Positions 39,964 through 50,382 of a DNA stretch of 64,000 nucleotides are shown piece by piece; the stretch's first letter is position 1; each line of letters opens with the position of its first letter. Source of the stretch: Saxibacter everestensis (GTDB lineage Bacteria; Actinomycetota; Actinomycetes; Actinomycetales; Brevibacteriaceae); the NCBI RefSeq assembly GCF_025787225.1, contig NZ_CP090958.1:1968550-2032549 (forward strand). The letters run 5' to 3'. The notes under the pieces were generated by a model, which did not search any database, was not told where the DNA came from, and saw only the letters and a program-made list of their open reading frames with translations. Made by a program: the position numbers and the translations under genes.

Positions 39964-42900
39964 ATTTTCGCCACGCTAACTGTTACTGGTAGGCCATCGC
40001 CGACCTCGGACCTGGATACCCCCGGGCCGTCAGGGAGGCTCGCGCCGCTGCCGGCGCCGAATTGGTCGGCAAGGGTCTCCCCCACCACGAGATCCCGGTG
40101 CGTCATCACCGCATCGAGCACTGGCGCGTCGGCGACCAGCGCGACGCGGATCCGGTCGGAAACATCGAGGTCGGCGTCCTTGCGCGCCTGCTGGATCACC
40201 CGAACCAGGTCACGGGCGATACCCTCCGCGGCGAGCTCGCCGGTGACCGTTGTGTCCAGTGCGATGAAGCCGCCGCTCGGCAATACCGCGAGCGCGGAAC
40301 CCTCGTTGGCAGCAGATGCAACCGTTTCCAGGACATACTCGCCCTCGATGAGCTCGATGCCGCCCGATGTCACGACACCGTCGGCCTCGCTCCAATCACC
40401 GGTCTTGGAACCCTTGATCGCTTGCTGCACTGTTTTGCCCAATCGCGGTCCGGCTGCCCGGGCGTTCACGGTGAGTTTGGAGCGCAGGGAGAATCCGGCG
40501 GCCTCGGTCTCGGCCAGGGTCAGTACCCGGACCGAACGCACGTTGACTTCGTCCGCGATGATCGAAGTGAATTCCTCGCCCAGGGCCTCATTCACAACGA
40601 CCGTGAGTTCGTTGAGCGGCAGGCGAACCCGTAGGTTTCCGGCCTTGCGCAGGCTGGATGCCGCCGAGCAGATCTCTCTGGTGCGGTCCATCTGGGCGAC
40701 CAGCGCTGCGTTCTCCGGGTAGTCGTCGGCATCTGGGAAGTCGGTCAGATGCACGCTTCGTGCCCCGGTCAGCCCACGGTAGACCTCTTCTGTGGTCATC
40801 GGCAACAGCGGTGCGGTGCTGCGGCAGAAAGCCTCCAGACAGGTGTAGAGCACATCGAATGATCCGTGGGTTTCGGCCGTGCCGGCCCAGAATCGACGAC
40901 GCGACCGGCGGATGTACCAGTTCGTCAGCATGTCGAGGTGGTCGCGAGTCAGGTCGCAGGCACCCGCGATGTCGTAGCCGTCCATCCGCTCGGTCAGGCC
41001 GGCAACCAGATCGCGGGTCTTAGCCAGCAGGTACCTGTCCAGGACCTGATCCGACTCGGTGCTGATCGAGGCCTCATATCCCGGGGCCGAGCCGTTGCCA
41101 GCCGGCGCATCCGCCGCGTTGGCATAGGTGGCAAAGAACTGCCACGAGTTCCAGAGCGGAAGAAGCACCTGACGAACCCCGTCGCGGATGCCTTGTTCGG
41201 TGACCATCAGGTTGCCGCCGCGCAGGATCGGCGACGACATCAGGAACCAGCGCATCGCGTCGGAGCCGTCCCGATTGAAGACCTCCTGGACATCCGGGTA
41301 GTTGCGCAGGCTCTTCGACATCTTCTGCCCGTCGTCGCCGAGCACAATGCCGTGGCTGACGCAGCTGGAGAACGATGGCCGATCGAATATCGCTGTGGCC
41401 AGGACGTGCAGGGTGTAGAACCAACCGCGGGTCTGGCCGATGTACTCGACGATGAAGTCGCCGGGATAGTGGTGCTCGAACCAGTTCTGATTCTCGAACG
41501 GGTAGTGCACCTGGGCGAACGGCATCGAACCGGAGTCGAACCAGACGTCGAGCACCTCGGGGACCCGGCGCATGGTCGACTGGCCGGACGGATCGTCCGG
41601 ATTCGGCCTGGTCAGCTCGTCGATGAAAGGCCGGTGCAGGTCGGTGGGCCGGACGCCGAAATCGCGCTCGAGTTCGTCCAGCGAGCCGTACACGTCGGTG
41701 CGCGGGTAGGCGGGGTCGTCAGAAACCCAGACCGGGATGGGCGTGCCCCAGTAACGGTTTCGGGAGATCGACCAGTCGCGGGCGTTGGCGAGCCACTTGC
41801 CGAACTGCCCGTGCTTGATGTGCCCGGGAACCCAGCTGATCTCTTCGTTCAGCTCGACCATCCGGTCTTTGAACTTGGAAACGCCGACGAACCAGCTGGA
41901 TACCGCGCGGTAGATCAACGGATTCCGGCAGCGCCAGCAATGTGGATAGGAGTGTTCGTAGGTCTCGTGCCGGACCAGCACGACGCCCTGGTTAAGCACC
42001 GGACCGGTCTGGTTCTTCAGGTCCTTGACGATTTTGGCGTTGGCATCGAATACCAGCAACCCCGCGTAGTCAGGCACCTCCGAGGTGAACTCGCCGCGAG
42101 AATCTACCGGGACGACAGCGGTGATACCGGCCGCGTCGGTGACGAGCTTGTCCTCCTCACCAAAGGCGGGAGCGATGTGCACGATGCCGGTACCGTCATC
42201 GGTGGTGACGTAGTCGGCGGACAGGATGGTGTGCATCCTTGCGCCCAGAGATTCATCGCCTTCGAAGTACGGGAATGGCGGACGATAGCGGCGCCCCAGC
42301 AATGCGGTGCCCTTGAAACGTTCGGTAACCAGCGGCGTCTCGCCTAGGTCCCTGGCGTAGGCGCCCAGCCGTGCCTCGGCGAGGATGACCTTCTCGCCGG
42401 CAAGAGCCGACGTGGCATCCGGCTCGACGACTACGTAGTCGACGTCGGGATGCACGGCCATCGCCTGGTTGGACGGCATGGTCCACGGCGTCGTGGTCCA
42501 GATCAGAACCAACTCGCCGGTCGTCAGCCGGTACCCCACGGTGACGGCTGGATCCTGCCGCGACTTGTACACGTCGTCATCCATCCGCAGCTCGTGATTG
42601 GACAGCGGCGTCTGGTCCCGCCAGCAATACGGCAGCACCCGCTTGCCGTCGTACACCAGGCCCTTGTCCCAAAGCTGCTTGAAGCCCCAGATGACGGATT
42701 CCATGTACTCGACGTTGAGCGTCTTGTAATCATTGTCAAAGTCGACCCAGCGGCCCTGGCGCGTGACATAGTCCTGCCACTCGTCCGTGTAGCGAAGCAC
42801 CGATTCCCGGCATGCGTCATTGAATGCCGCGATGCCCATCTCATCAATCTGGGATTTGTCAGTTATTCCGAGTTGCCGCTCCGCCTCGAGCTCTGCTGGC

Positions 42901-43217
42901 AGACCATGGGTATCCCAGCCGAAGCGTCGCTCGACCCGCCTGCCGCGCATCGTCTGATAGCGGGGGACGACATCCTTGGCATAGCCGGTCAGCAGGTGGC
43001 CGTAGTGCGGCAGGCCGTTGGCGAAGGGAGGCCCGTCGTAAAAGACGAACTCATTGCTGCCATCGACTCCGGCATCACGCTGATCGACACTGGCAGGGAA
43101 GGTGCCGTCGGCGTCCCAGTACTTCAGCACCCGGGATTCGACATCGGGAAATCGCGGAGTGGACAGCGACGCGCCGGTGGTGACGTCGGTCCCGCTAACA
43201 GCTTTCGGGTAGCTCAT
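39960..43217 (-). CDS. ileS: isoleucine--tRNA ligase (type 2, eukaryote-like)
   Basis: HIGH variant [21 protein letters not shown], 1085 aa. Confidence 0.9.
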   Translation of the reverse strand: MSYPKAVSGTDVTTGASLSTPRFPDVESRVLKYWDADGTFPASVDQRDAGVDGSNEFVFYDGPPFANGLPHYGHLLTGYAKDVVPRYQTMRGRRVERRFGWDTHGLPAELEAERQLGITDKSQIDEMGIAAFNDACRESVLRYTDEWQDYVTRQGRWVDFDNDYKTLNVEYMESVIWGFKQLWDKGLVYDGKRVLPYCWRDQTPLSNHELRMDDDVYKSRQDPAVTVGYRLTTGELVLIWTTTPWTMPSNQAMAVHPDVDYVVVEPDATSALAGEKVILAEARLGAYARDLGETPLVTERFKGTALLGRRYRPPFPYFEGDESLGARMHTILSADYVTTDDGTGIVHIAPAFGEEDKLVTDAAGITAVVPVDSRGEFTSEVPDYAGLLVFDANAKIVKDLKNQTGPVLNQGVVLVRHETYEHSYPHCWRCRNPLIYRAVSSWFVGVSKFKDRMVELNEEISWVPGHIKHGQFGKWLANARDWSISRNRYWGTPIPVWVSDDPAYPRTDVYGSLDELERDFGVRPTDLHRPFIDELTRPNPDDPSGQSTMRRVPEVLDVWFDSGSMPFAQVHYPFENQNWFEHHYPGDFIVEYIGQTRGWFYTLHVLATAIFDRPSFSSCVSHGIVLGDDGQKMSKSLRNYPDVQEVFNRDGSDAMRWFLMSSPILRGGNLMVTEQGIRDGVRQVLLPLWNSWQFFATYANAADAPAGNGSAPGYEASISTESDQVLDRYLLAKTRDLVAGLTERMDGYDIAGACDLTRDHLDMLTNWYIRRSRRRFWAGTAETHGSFDVLYTCLEAFCRSTAPLLPMTTEEVYRGLTGARSVHLTDFPDADDYPENAALVAQMDRTREICSAASSLRKAGNLRVRLPLNELTVVVNEALGEEFTSIIADEVNVRSVRVLTLAETEAAGFSLRSKLTVNARAAGPRLGKTVQQAIKGSKTGDWSEADGVVTSGGIELIEGEYVLETVASAANEGSALAVLPSGGFIALDTTVTGELAAEGIARDLVRVIQQARKDADLDVSDRIRVALVADAPVLDAVMTHRDLVVGETLADQFGAGSGASLPDGPGVSRSEVGDGLPVTVSVAKI

Positions 43218-43460
43218 AAATCCTCACTTAAGCCAGTTGTACGACTTACGAGGACGATGATTCAAGCACCCCCGGACCCGAAAGGACCCGGTGGACGCAC
43301 ACACCGCGGTACCACCCCGCTTATTCACCTCGGGCGACCAGGGCCCGGCAGCCAGTTGCGCCGCCGTGCCGGCTGATTCGCCACTGCCGGGCATCCGGCA
43401 AGGTGAATCGCTCATTAACAGCTATAACGGGCAAACCCGTCCGGTTCTACTGACAGGCAC
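43218..43460 (-). promoter_or_regulatory. T-box leader of ileS (actinobacterial translational type)
   Basis: The minus-strand transcript contains AAUAAGCGGGGUGGUACCGCGG, matching the T-box consensus AAnnnGGGUGGnACCGCG, about 80 nt upstream of the AUG. A downstream UCCUCGUAAG...CUUAAGUGAGGA helix can sequester the SD. An AUU/AUC-containing GAUUCACC segment lies upstream in the putative specifier region. Confidence 0.65.
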
Positions 43461-43646
43461 GACATCCGCCGCTCTCGCGACAGTAGCCGGGCCTGTTTTC
43501 TTCCGGAAGCTCCCCGGTGATGGCCGGATCACAGCTTGTTGTCCTATCGTAGCGCGAACCGTCAAATGATTCGCAGCGCCCGGAACGTCTTTCTGCGCTC
43601 TGGGGCTGCGCTCCGGGGCTGCGCGGCCGGAGGGGCCAGGCTGCGC

Positions 43647-44420
43647 CTAAAGGCCGGAGTTCCGGGCGACCTTGTGCTGCGCGGCCTGAGCGATCGGCCG
43701 CAGCACCAGCAGATCGACGTTCACGTGGTGGGGCCGAGTCAGCGTCCAGACTATTCCGTCGGCCACGTCCTCCGCGGTCAGTGGCATCTCGACCCCCTCG
43801 TACACCTTCGCTGCTTTCTCGGCGTCGCCACCCACCCGCTTCAGGGTGAACTCCTCGGTGGCGACCATGCCCGGCGCAATCTCGATAACCCGCACCGGTT
43901 CCCCGGCCAGTTCCAGTCGCAACGTGGCGGCAATTGAATGCGCGCCGTGTTTGGCAGCTACATATCCGCCGCCGCCTTCGTAGGCGATGTGTCCTGCGGT
44001 CGACGACATCACAAGCACGTCCCCGCGGCCGGATGCACGCAGCGCTGGAAGGAATCCTTGCGTTACCCGGAGGACGCCGAGCACATTGACGTCGAACATC
44101 TTCTGCCAGTCCTCGGCTGAGCCCTGTTCGATCGTGTCGGTTCCCAACGCTCCCCCGGCGTTGTTCACCAGGGCATGCACCGGGCCCGCAGCGGTCACAG
44201 ACGCGACCAGACGCGCCACCTCCTGTTCGCTGGTGACGTCAGCGACCTGTACCTGGGCTCCGGTCTCTGCGGCGAGCGCTTCAAGCTTCGCCTCGCGGCG
44301 TGCCACCGCGACCACGTCCCAGCCTTCGGCACTGAGCCGGCGGACAGTGGCGGCGCCGATCCCGGAGCTGGCACCGGTCACAACTGCACGAAGCCGGGTG
44401 GAACTCGTTGGCGAGGTCAT
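43647..44420 (-). CDS. SDR family oxidoreductase
   Basis: TGASSGIGAAT, YVAAKHG catalytic YxxxK. Confidence 0.85.
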   Translation of the reverse strand: MTSPTSSTRLRAVVTGASSGIGAATVRRLSAEGWDVVAVARREAKLEALAAETGAQVQVADVTSEQEVARLVASVTAAGPVHALVNNAGGALGTDTIEQGSAEDWQKMFDVNVLGVLRVTQGFLPALRASGRGDVLVMSSTAGHIAYEGGGGYVAAKHGAHSIAATLRLELAGEPVRVIEIAPGMVATEEFTLKRVGGDAEKAAKVYEGVEMPLTAEDVADGIVWTLTRPHHVNVDLLVLRPIAQAAQHKVARNSGL

Positions 44421-44546
44421 AGCTGACAGTCCTTTCCTTACGGGTACTTGCGGGGCCTTGCGGGTCCTTATCGGTCGATCCGTGCTTTGCTGCTCAAATC
44501 CGCTGGCGGGCCGGGAAGCAGCATGTGATTGCGAGCTTAGCCCTGC

Positions 44547-45638
44547 TCAGGTGACCCGTACCGGCGCCGCCGGAGGGACTTTTGGATCCGAGGCGCCAAA
44601 GACGGCGCGAACATAGGGCACCCGGATCGCAAGCCAGGTGACCAGCGCACTCAGGATTGTGTACACAATGGTCAGTCCGATGCCTTGTAGCAGCACCTCG
44701 GCAACCGTTTCCGGCTTGTCAAGGTAGAGCCGGACGCCGAACACGAAGACGGCGTGAATCAGGAAAACGCCAAAGGACAGCGGCGCCAGGGTCTCCAGAA
44801 TCGGCAGGTCGCGACTCATGTACCGATGCATCAACAGGTACACGCAAATAGCGGCGAGTACCACGGTTGGCGACAGGTAATCGTAGACGTAGCGCCACGG
44901 CTGATCTCCGGGGCCGAACCTGGCAAGCAGAGCGGTTGCTGCCGTCGAACCGATGAAGCCCACCCAGGCAAGAGCCGCGCCCTCGCGCCTGACCACGACG
45001 TCCCGCAGGCACCAGCCGAGCACGTAGTAACCGACCATTGGCAGGAACCTGGTCACCGCGTTGTACGAACCGACGCTGAAGGCGTACATGAACAGCTGAT
45101 CCGAGATTCCGATGCAGAGGAAGATCGCGGCTGATCCATACTGCAGCCGACGGGAGCCGTGAGTTGTCAGCAGTCGCAGGAACGGTGTGAGCAGCACCAA
45201 TCCGGCGAGAACATAGAGAAAGTAGAGCTGCACGAAGGGCGAACCGCTGACGATTGCCCGGATCGGGTCCCAGCCTTCCTGGTACCCACCAAGCACGAAC
45301 AGCCGGAAAACGACATAGAAGACTGTCCAGAAAACCAGTGGAATGCCGATCCGGTACCAGCGCTTCAGCAGGAAATAGCGCGGCTGGATCCCGCGTTTCG
45401 GGTCGAGCGCCAGCGCGCCGGAGATCATCAGAAACACCGGCACCGACCAGCGGATGGCGGAGTCGAGGATATTCGCCGCCCACCAGCCGGAACTGAAGTT
45501 CATGCCGCCGTCCTCAATCGTCGCGGCCAGCATGTGAATGCAAACCACCGCCATGATCGCGAAAGCGCGGGCACTGTTCATCCACCCCGTGGATGTGCGG
45601 GCGGGGTCGACATTGCTGAATCGGTCAAGCATCCTCAC
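44547..45638 (-). CDS. acyltransferase family 3 (OafA/YrhL-like) membrane protein
   Basis: 10-TM protein with N-terminal ...AIMAVVCIHM motif. Confidence 0.8.
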   Translation of the reverse strand: MRMLDRFSNVDPARTSTGWMNSARAFAIMAVVCIHMLAATIEDGGMNFSSGWWAANILDSAIRWSVPVFLMISGALALDPKRGIQPRYFLLKRWYRIGIPLVFWTVFYVVFRLFVLGGYQEGWDPIRAIVSGSPFVQLYFLYVLAGLVLLTPFLRLLTTHGSRRLQYGSAAIFLCIGISDQLFMYAFSVGSYNAVTRFLPMVGYYVLGWCLRDVVVRREGAALAWVGFIGSTAATALLARFGPGDQPWRYVYDYLSPTVVLAAICVYLLMHRYMSRDLPILETLAPLSFGVFLIHAVFVFGVRLYLDKPETVAEVLLQGIGLTIVYTILSALVTWLAIRVPYVRAVFGASDPKVPPAAPVRVT

Positions 45639-45643
45639 GTAGT

Positions 45644-46276
45644 TCAGCCTCCCAGACCCGTGGACTTCGGCGGAAACCGGTCAGCGCCAAGTGCCATCTG
45701 CAGCGCGCTGAGCCACAGGCCCTGTCGATCCCCGCTCGGAAGGCATGCCGGCGCCGCAACTGACAGCTGGCGGAGACCCAAAAGAATCGACAGCGATAGC
45801 ACGGCACGTCGTCTGGCCTCGTCCTTGTCGAACCCGCAAACGCCGAGCAGTTCGGCCACGTAGCCGATCCGACGCTCCGTCACCCGCTCGAGAACTGCCT
45901 GGACAGCCGGTTCATTTCCGGCCGAGTACAGCGACTGCTCGGAGGGCCGCGCGTCATCCTCTGCCGCGAGCCGCCGAAAAAGAGCTTCCAATCGATGCTC
46001 CCCGCTTGGCCCCGAGGCATTGCTCGCCTCGATCACGGCATCCGTGGCGAGCCTTTCCCATTGGTCAAGCACCGCAGTGACCAGGTCCCGGCGATTCTTG
46101 AAATGCCAGTAGAAAGAGCCTTTGCTGATGCTCAGCCTCTGCGCCAGGCCCTCGACTGTCAGCGCAGAAATGCCTTCGGTAATGAAAACGGAGTAGGCGT
46201 GCTCGACCCAGTCTTCACGACTCACGACGCCACCGGCCCTGGGCTTGCCAGTCGACGAATCACGCGGTTTCGGCAT
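45644..46276 (-). CDS. TetR/AcrR family transcriptional regulator
   Basis: HTH LTVEGLAQRLSISKGSFYWHFKNRRDL. ATG at 46276; the ORF track over-extends to 46984. Confidence 0.8.
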   Translation of the reverse strand: MPKPRDSSTGKPRAGGVVSREDWVEHAYSVFITEGISALTVEGLAQRLSISKGSFYWHFKNRRDLVTAVLDQWERLATDAVIEASNASGPSGEHRLEALFRRLAAEDDARPSEQSLYSAGNEPAVQAVLERVTERRIGYVAELLGVCGFDKDEARRRAVLSLSILLGLRQLSVAAPACLPSGDRQGLWLSALQMALGADRFPPKSTGLGG

Positions 46277-46284
46277 AGACCAGA

Positions 46285-46328
46285 CGGTACCGTATAGTGT
46301 GGTTTCAGCAACCATACGCAACCGTACG
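46285..46328. promoter_or_regulatory. two related palindromes (ACGGTACCGT and CCGTACGG) in the tetR / DUF2867 divergent region, candidate TetR operators
   Basis: Perfect 10-bp and 8-bp palindromes sharing a GTAC core. They lie 9-50 bp upstream of the tetR start. Confidence 0.35.
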
Positions 46329-46342
46329 GAAGGCGTTTCGCA

Positions 46343-46795
46343 ATGCAACCCACGTTCTATTCGCAGGCCTTCGACGACATTCCCGCCCCCGACTTCGCCG
46401 ATGTCACCCTGATTCCGCTTCCGGCAGGCGCCAGCGAGGACCCGGCAGTATGGGCCAGGACCATTTTCGGTGTGCGCACCATGCCGCCCTGGGTTCTGGT
46501 TGCCCTCGGCCTGCGCCAGGGAATGGTCAGGCTCCTCGGGATCCCCAAGTCTCCGCACGACGTGTTCGACGTAGCCCGGGTTGCCGGAGAGGAAGCGCTG
46601 ATCGTTGCCGATGACGAGCACCTCGACTTCCGTTGCGCAGTCGGAGTGGACGCCGAACTCAGACTGGTCCGGGTGACCACCACGGTTCGATTCCATGGCT
46701 GGCGGGGTCGCGCATACTTCGCGCCGGTACGTCTCGCCCACCCGGTGGTGGTCGGAAGCATGCTGCGTCGGGCAAGCCGGATACTCGCCGGCTAA
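46343..46795 (+). CDS. DUF2867-like protein
   Basis: 150 aa. Divergent from tetR, a frequent TetR partner. Confidence 0.55.
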   Translation: MQPTFYSQAFDDIPAPDFADVTLIPLPAGASEDPAVWARTIFGVRTMPPWVLVALGLRQGMVRLLGIPKSPHDVFDVARVAGEEALIVADDEHLDFRCAVGVDAELRLVRVTTTVRFHGWRGRAYFAPVRLAHPVVVGSMLRRASRILAG

Positions 46796-46838
46796 CCGTG
46801 CAGGCCGGTTTTTGCCTGATTGCCGGGCGGTGGGATGA

Positions 46839-49508
46839 TTGACGACTATGACTATCTCTGCTTCTCGCGCCGATTCGTCCGGCCATGCCGATCCTTCCCG
46901 AACGCATCCGTCGGTCAAAGTTCCGGAGAAGCCGAGCGTCGAGGGACTTGGCGCAAAGTGGGACGCAGTCTGGTCGCGCGACAAGACCTACGCCTTCGAC
47001 CGGTCAGCCGAGCGGGCCGAGGTCTATTCGATCGACACGCCACCGCCAACCGCCTCCGGTTCGTTGCATGTCGGCCACGTGTTCAGCTACACCCAGACCG
47101 ACGTCGTGGCACGCTACCAGCGGATGCTCGGCAAGCAGGTCTTCTATCCACTGGGCTGGGATGACAACGGCCTGCCGACCGAACGCCGGGTGCAGAACTA
47201 CTACGGCGTTCGCTGCGATCCGGCCATCGGCTATGATCCCGACTTCACGCCACCGGAGAAGCCGGCCAAGAACTCGCGGGACTTCATTGCGGTGTCACGG
47301 CGCAACTTCATCGAGTTGTGCGAGGAACTGGCAGTCCTCGACGAAAAGGTCTTCGAAGATCTATTCCGGATGGTCGGACTGTCGGTCGACTGGGACTACA
47401 CCTACCGCACGATCGACGACACCTCACGCGCGGTCAGCCAGCGCAGCTTCCTCGCGGACCTCGCCGCCGGGCAGGCCTATTCGGCAGATGCCCCGACCCT
47501 GTGGGACGTGACGTTCCGCACCGCAGTGGCACAGGCCGAACTCGAGGACCGTGAGCGCCCCGGCGCCTATCACCGGGTGAAGTTCGCATCGAACGGCGCC
47601 GGTGAACCGATTTACATCGAGACCACCCGGCCCGAGCTGATCCCGGCCGTCGTCGCGCTGGTGGCGCATCCGGATGACGAGCGGTATCAGCCGCTGTTCG
47701 GATCGACAGTTCGCTCGCCGCTGTTCGGTGTCGACGTCCCTGTGGTGGCCCACGAGCTGGCCAAGCCGGACAAAGGCACCGGCATCGCCATGGTCTGTAC
47801 CTTCGGCGATCTCACCGACGTCACCTGGTGGCGTGAGCTTCAGCTGCCGACCCGGCCAATCGTCGGGCGGGATGGACGCATCCTCGCCGAGACCCCCGAA
47901 TGGATCGCCTCATCCGGGTTCAACGGTGCCGTAGATGCCTATCAGCAACTGGCCACGAAGACGTCGTTCAGCGCCAAGGAGACAATCGTCGAGATGCTCC
48001 GCGAAAGCGGCGATCTGGACGGCGAACCCAAACCGGTCCTCCACCCGGTGCCGTTCTACGAGAAGGGCGACAAGCCGCTCGAGGTGGTGACCTCCCGGCA
48101 GTGGTACCTCCGTAATGGCGGGCGTTCCGAGGAGCTTCGCGCCGATTTGATCGCCCGGGGCCGGGAGATCAACTGGCATCCGCACTTCATGCGTGCCAGG
48201 TACGAGAACTGGGTCGATGGCCTGAACGGCGACTGGCTTGTTTCGCGCCAGCGTTACTTCGGCGTTCCGATTCCGGTCTGGTATCCGCTGAACGCCGACG
48301 GTGAACCGGAATACGACTCCCCCATCATCCCGTCCGACGCCTCGCTTCCGGTCGACCCGGCCGCCGACACAGCTCCGGGTTTCCAGGAAGCGCAGCGCGG
48401 CGAGCCCGGCGGCTTCATGGGCGACCCCGACGTACTGGACACCTGGGCAACATCGTCGCTCACTCCCCAGCTGGTCGGCGGCTGGAGCCGGGACGAGGAC
48501 CTGTTCCAGCGGGTCTTCCCATTCGACCTGCGGCCTCAGGGCCACGACATCATCCGGACCTGGCTGTTCTCGACCATGGTCCGGGCCAATGCGTTGAACA
48601 CGTCCATCCCGTGGACGAACGCCGCGCTGTCGGGGTGGATCCTTGACCCGGACCGGAAGAAGATGTCGAAGTCCAAGGGAAATGTGGTCGTGCCAACCGA
48701 CATCCTGGCCGAGCACAAGCCAGGGCATGGCCCGGATGCCGTACGCTACTGGGCGGCCTCCGCCCGGCTCGGATCGGACACGGCTTACGACCAGGACCAG
48801 ATGAAGGTCGGACGGCGCCTGGCGATGAAGCTGCTGAACGCCTCAAAGTTCGCCCTGAACCTTGGCGCACACGAAGGCCTGATCAGTTCCGACGCAGCCG
48901 GAGACGCAGGCGTGATCAATCCGCTGGACCAGGCACTGCTCGCCAGGCTGGATACCGTCGTCGCCGAGGCAGGCAAGGCGATGGACGGCTATGACTACGC
49001 AAAGGCACTCGACCTGACGGAGAGCTTCTTCTGGTCATTCACCGACGACTACGTCGAGCTGGTGAAGGATCGCGCGTACGGAGCGGCAGGCCCCGATCAG
49101 CAGAAGTCGGCCGTGGTGACCCTGGCAACGACCCTTGACACCGTGCTGCGGCTTTTCGCGCCGGTTCTGCCGTTCGCCACCGAGGAAGTCTGGTCCTGGT
49201 GGCGTGCCGGGTCGGTGCATCACGCAAGCTGGCCCAAACCAGTTGGATTCAGCGGGGATGCCAAGATCCTCACAGTTCTCGGCGAGGCGCTGGGCAAGGT
49301 TCGCAAGTCGAAGTCCGAGGCCAAGGTCTCCCAGAAGACCGAGGTCCAGCGCGCGGTGATCACCGCCGGATCGGAGCAACGCGTCCGGCTGGAATCTGCC
49401 GCCGAGGACCTCAAGGCCGCGGGCAGGGTCAGCGAGCTGGTCTTCGTCGATGCCACCGACGGCGAGCTGACTGTCTCGGAAATCGAGCTGGCTCCGGCCG
49501 AGGTATGA
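46839..49508 (+). CDS. valS: valine--tRNA ligase
   Basis: PPPTASGSLHVGH and KMSKSKGN, 889 aa. Confidence 0.9.
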   Translation: MTTMTISASRADSSGHADPSRTHPSVKVPEKPSVEGLGAKWDAVWSRDKTYAFDRSAERAEVYSIDTPPPTASGSLHVGHVFSYTQTDVVARYQRMLGKQVFYPLGWDDNGLPTERRVQNYYGVRCDPAIGYDPDFTPPEKPAKNSRDFIAVSRRNFIELCEELAVLDEKVFEDLFRMVGLSVDWDYTYRTIDDTSRAVSQRSFLADLAAGQAYSADAPTLWDVTFRTAVAQAELEDRERPGAYHRVKFASNGAGEPIYIETTRPELIPAVVALVAHPDDERYQPLFGSTVRSPLFGVDVPVVAHELAKPDKGTGIAMVCTFGDLTDVTWWRELQLPTRPIVGRDGRILAETPEWIASSGFNGAVDAYQQLATKTSFSAKETIVEMLRESGDLDGEPKPVLHPVPFYEKGDKPLEVVTSRQWYLRNGGRSEELRADLIARGREINWHPHFMRARYENWVDGLNGDWLVSRQRYFGVPIPVWYPLNADGEPEYDSPIIPSDASLPVDPAADTAPGFQEAQRGEPGGFMGDPDVLDTWATSSLTPQLVGGWSRDEDLFQRVFPFDLRPQGHDIIRTWLFSTMVRANALNTSIPWTNAALSGWILDPDRKKMSKSKGNVVVPTDILAEHKPGHGPDAVRYWAASARLGSDTAYDQDQMKVGRRLAMKLLNASKFALNLGAHEGLISSDAAGDAGVINPLDQALLARLDTVVAEAGKAMDGYDYAKALDLTESFFWSFTDDYVELVKDRAYGAAGPDQQKSAVVTLATTLDTVLRLFAPVLPFATEEVWSWWRAGSVHHASWPKPVGFSGDAKILTVLGEALGKVRKSKSEAKVSQKTEVQRAVITAGSEQRVRLESAAEDLKAAGRVSELVFVDATDGELTVSEIELAPAEV

Positions 49509-49565
49509 GCTCCGACGTCAACTAAGCTCGCGTTGGAACCTTCCCTCGAACGGATAAGGAAAAAC

Positions 49566-50231
49566 ATGCGCAGCGAACTCTTCAACTCTGCCAACCAGGA
49601 AGCTCAGACAACGCAGCGATGGACGCTGCAGTCGTCAAAGATGCTCCGCACGGCGCTCGGTGATGACGTGATCTCCACGAAGGGCGCGATGGTTGCCTAT
49701 CAAGGCAATATCGCGTTCAATCACGAAGGCTCCGGGTCGGTTGGCAAATTTATGAAGAAGGTCCTCACCAGCGAGGATGCCCCAATGATGCGGGTGTCCG
49801 GCCAGGGCGAGGTGTTCTTCGCCCGGACCTCCAGCAACATCTTCATGGTGCAGCTCGAAGGCGACGCCATCACGGTGAACAGCAGCAACCTGCTGGCCAT
49901 GGACGCCTCAATCGAGTGGGACATCAAGCGGGTACAGGGAGCGGGAATCGTCACCGGCGGCCTGTTCAACCTCACGCTGCAGGGCAATGGCATGGTGGCG
50001 GTATCCTGCGATGGCGACCCGCTGCTGCTCGATTGCAGCCAGCAGCCGACCTTTGTCGACCCGAACGCGGTGGTCTGCTGGTCGGCGAACCTGGTGCCAG
50101 GGGTGCACAACTCGATGAACATGAAGTCCATGCTCCGCGGCGGATCGGGAGAATCCTTCCAGCTGGCGTTCCATGGACCGGGCTTCGTCGTGGTCCAGCC
50201 AAGCGAGGGCTACCCGACGCCGACTGCCTAG
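49566..50231 (+). CDS. AIM24 family protein (DUF124/TIGR00266)
   Basis: About 220 aa beta-rich protein: MVAYQGNIAFNHEG...GGLFNLTLQGNGMVAVSCDGDPLLL. Start taken at MRSELFN. Confidence 0.7.
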   Translation: MRSELFNSANQEAQTTQRWTLQSSKMLRTALGDDVISTKGAMVAYQGNIAFNHEGSGSVGKFMKKVLTSEDAPMMRVSGQGEVFFARTSSNIFMVQLEGDAITVNSSNLLAMDASIEWDIKRVQGAGIVTGGLFNLTLQGNGMVAVSCDGDPLLLDCSQQPTFVDPNAVVCWSANLVPGVHNSMNMKSMLRGGSGESFQLAFHGPGFVVVQPSEGYPTPTA

Positions 50232-50311
50232 CGGACCCGGCTGCCGGCCGCACGCCGACCGCCTAGCGACCCTGCTGCCGGCCGCACGCTGGCCCCCGCA
50301 GCCAGATGCCC

Positions 50312-50370
50312 CCGGATAAAGCAGCTCGACCCCGCACATCGGATGTGCGGGGTCGAGCTGCTTTATCCGG
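50312..50370. repeat. 29-bp perfect inverted repeat with 1-nt spacer (CCGGATAAAGCAGCTCGACCCCGCACATC g GATGTGCGGGGTCGAGCTGCTTTATCCGG); candidate bidirectional terminator between convergent AIM24 and clpX
   Basis: Direct reading. It is preceded by two ~29-bp direct repeats (50226-50255 and 50261-50289). Confidence 0.5.
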
Positions 50371-50382
50371 TCTCGGCAGAAC

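Noticed and set aside
45644-46984. 446-aa extended TetR ORF
   Set aside because: Only the C-terminal 210 aa form a TetR fold. The upstream part overlaps the DUF2867 gene and the valS start on the other strand.
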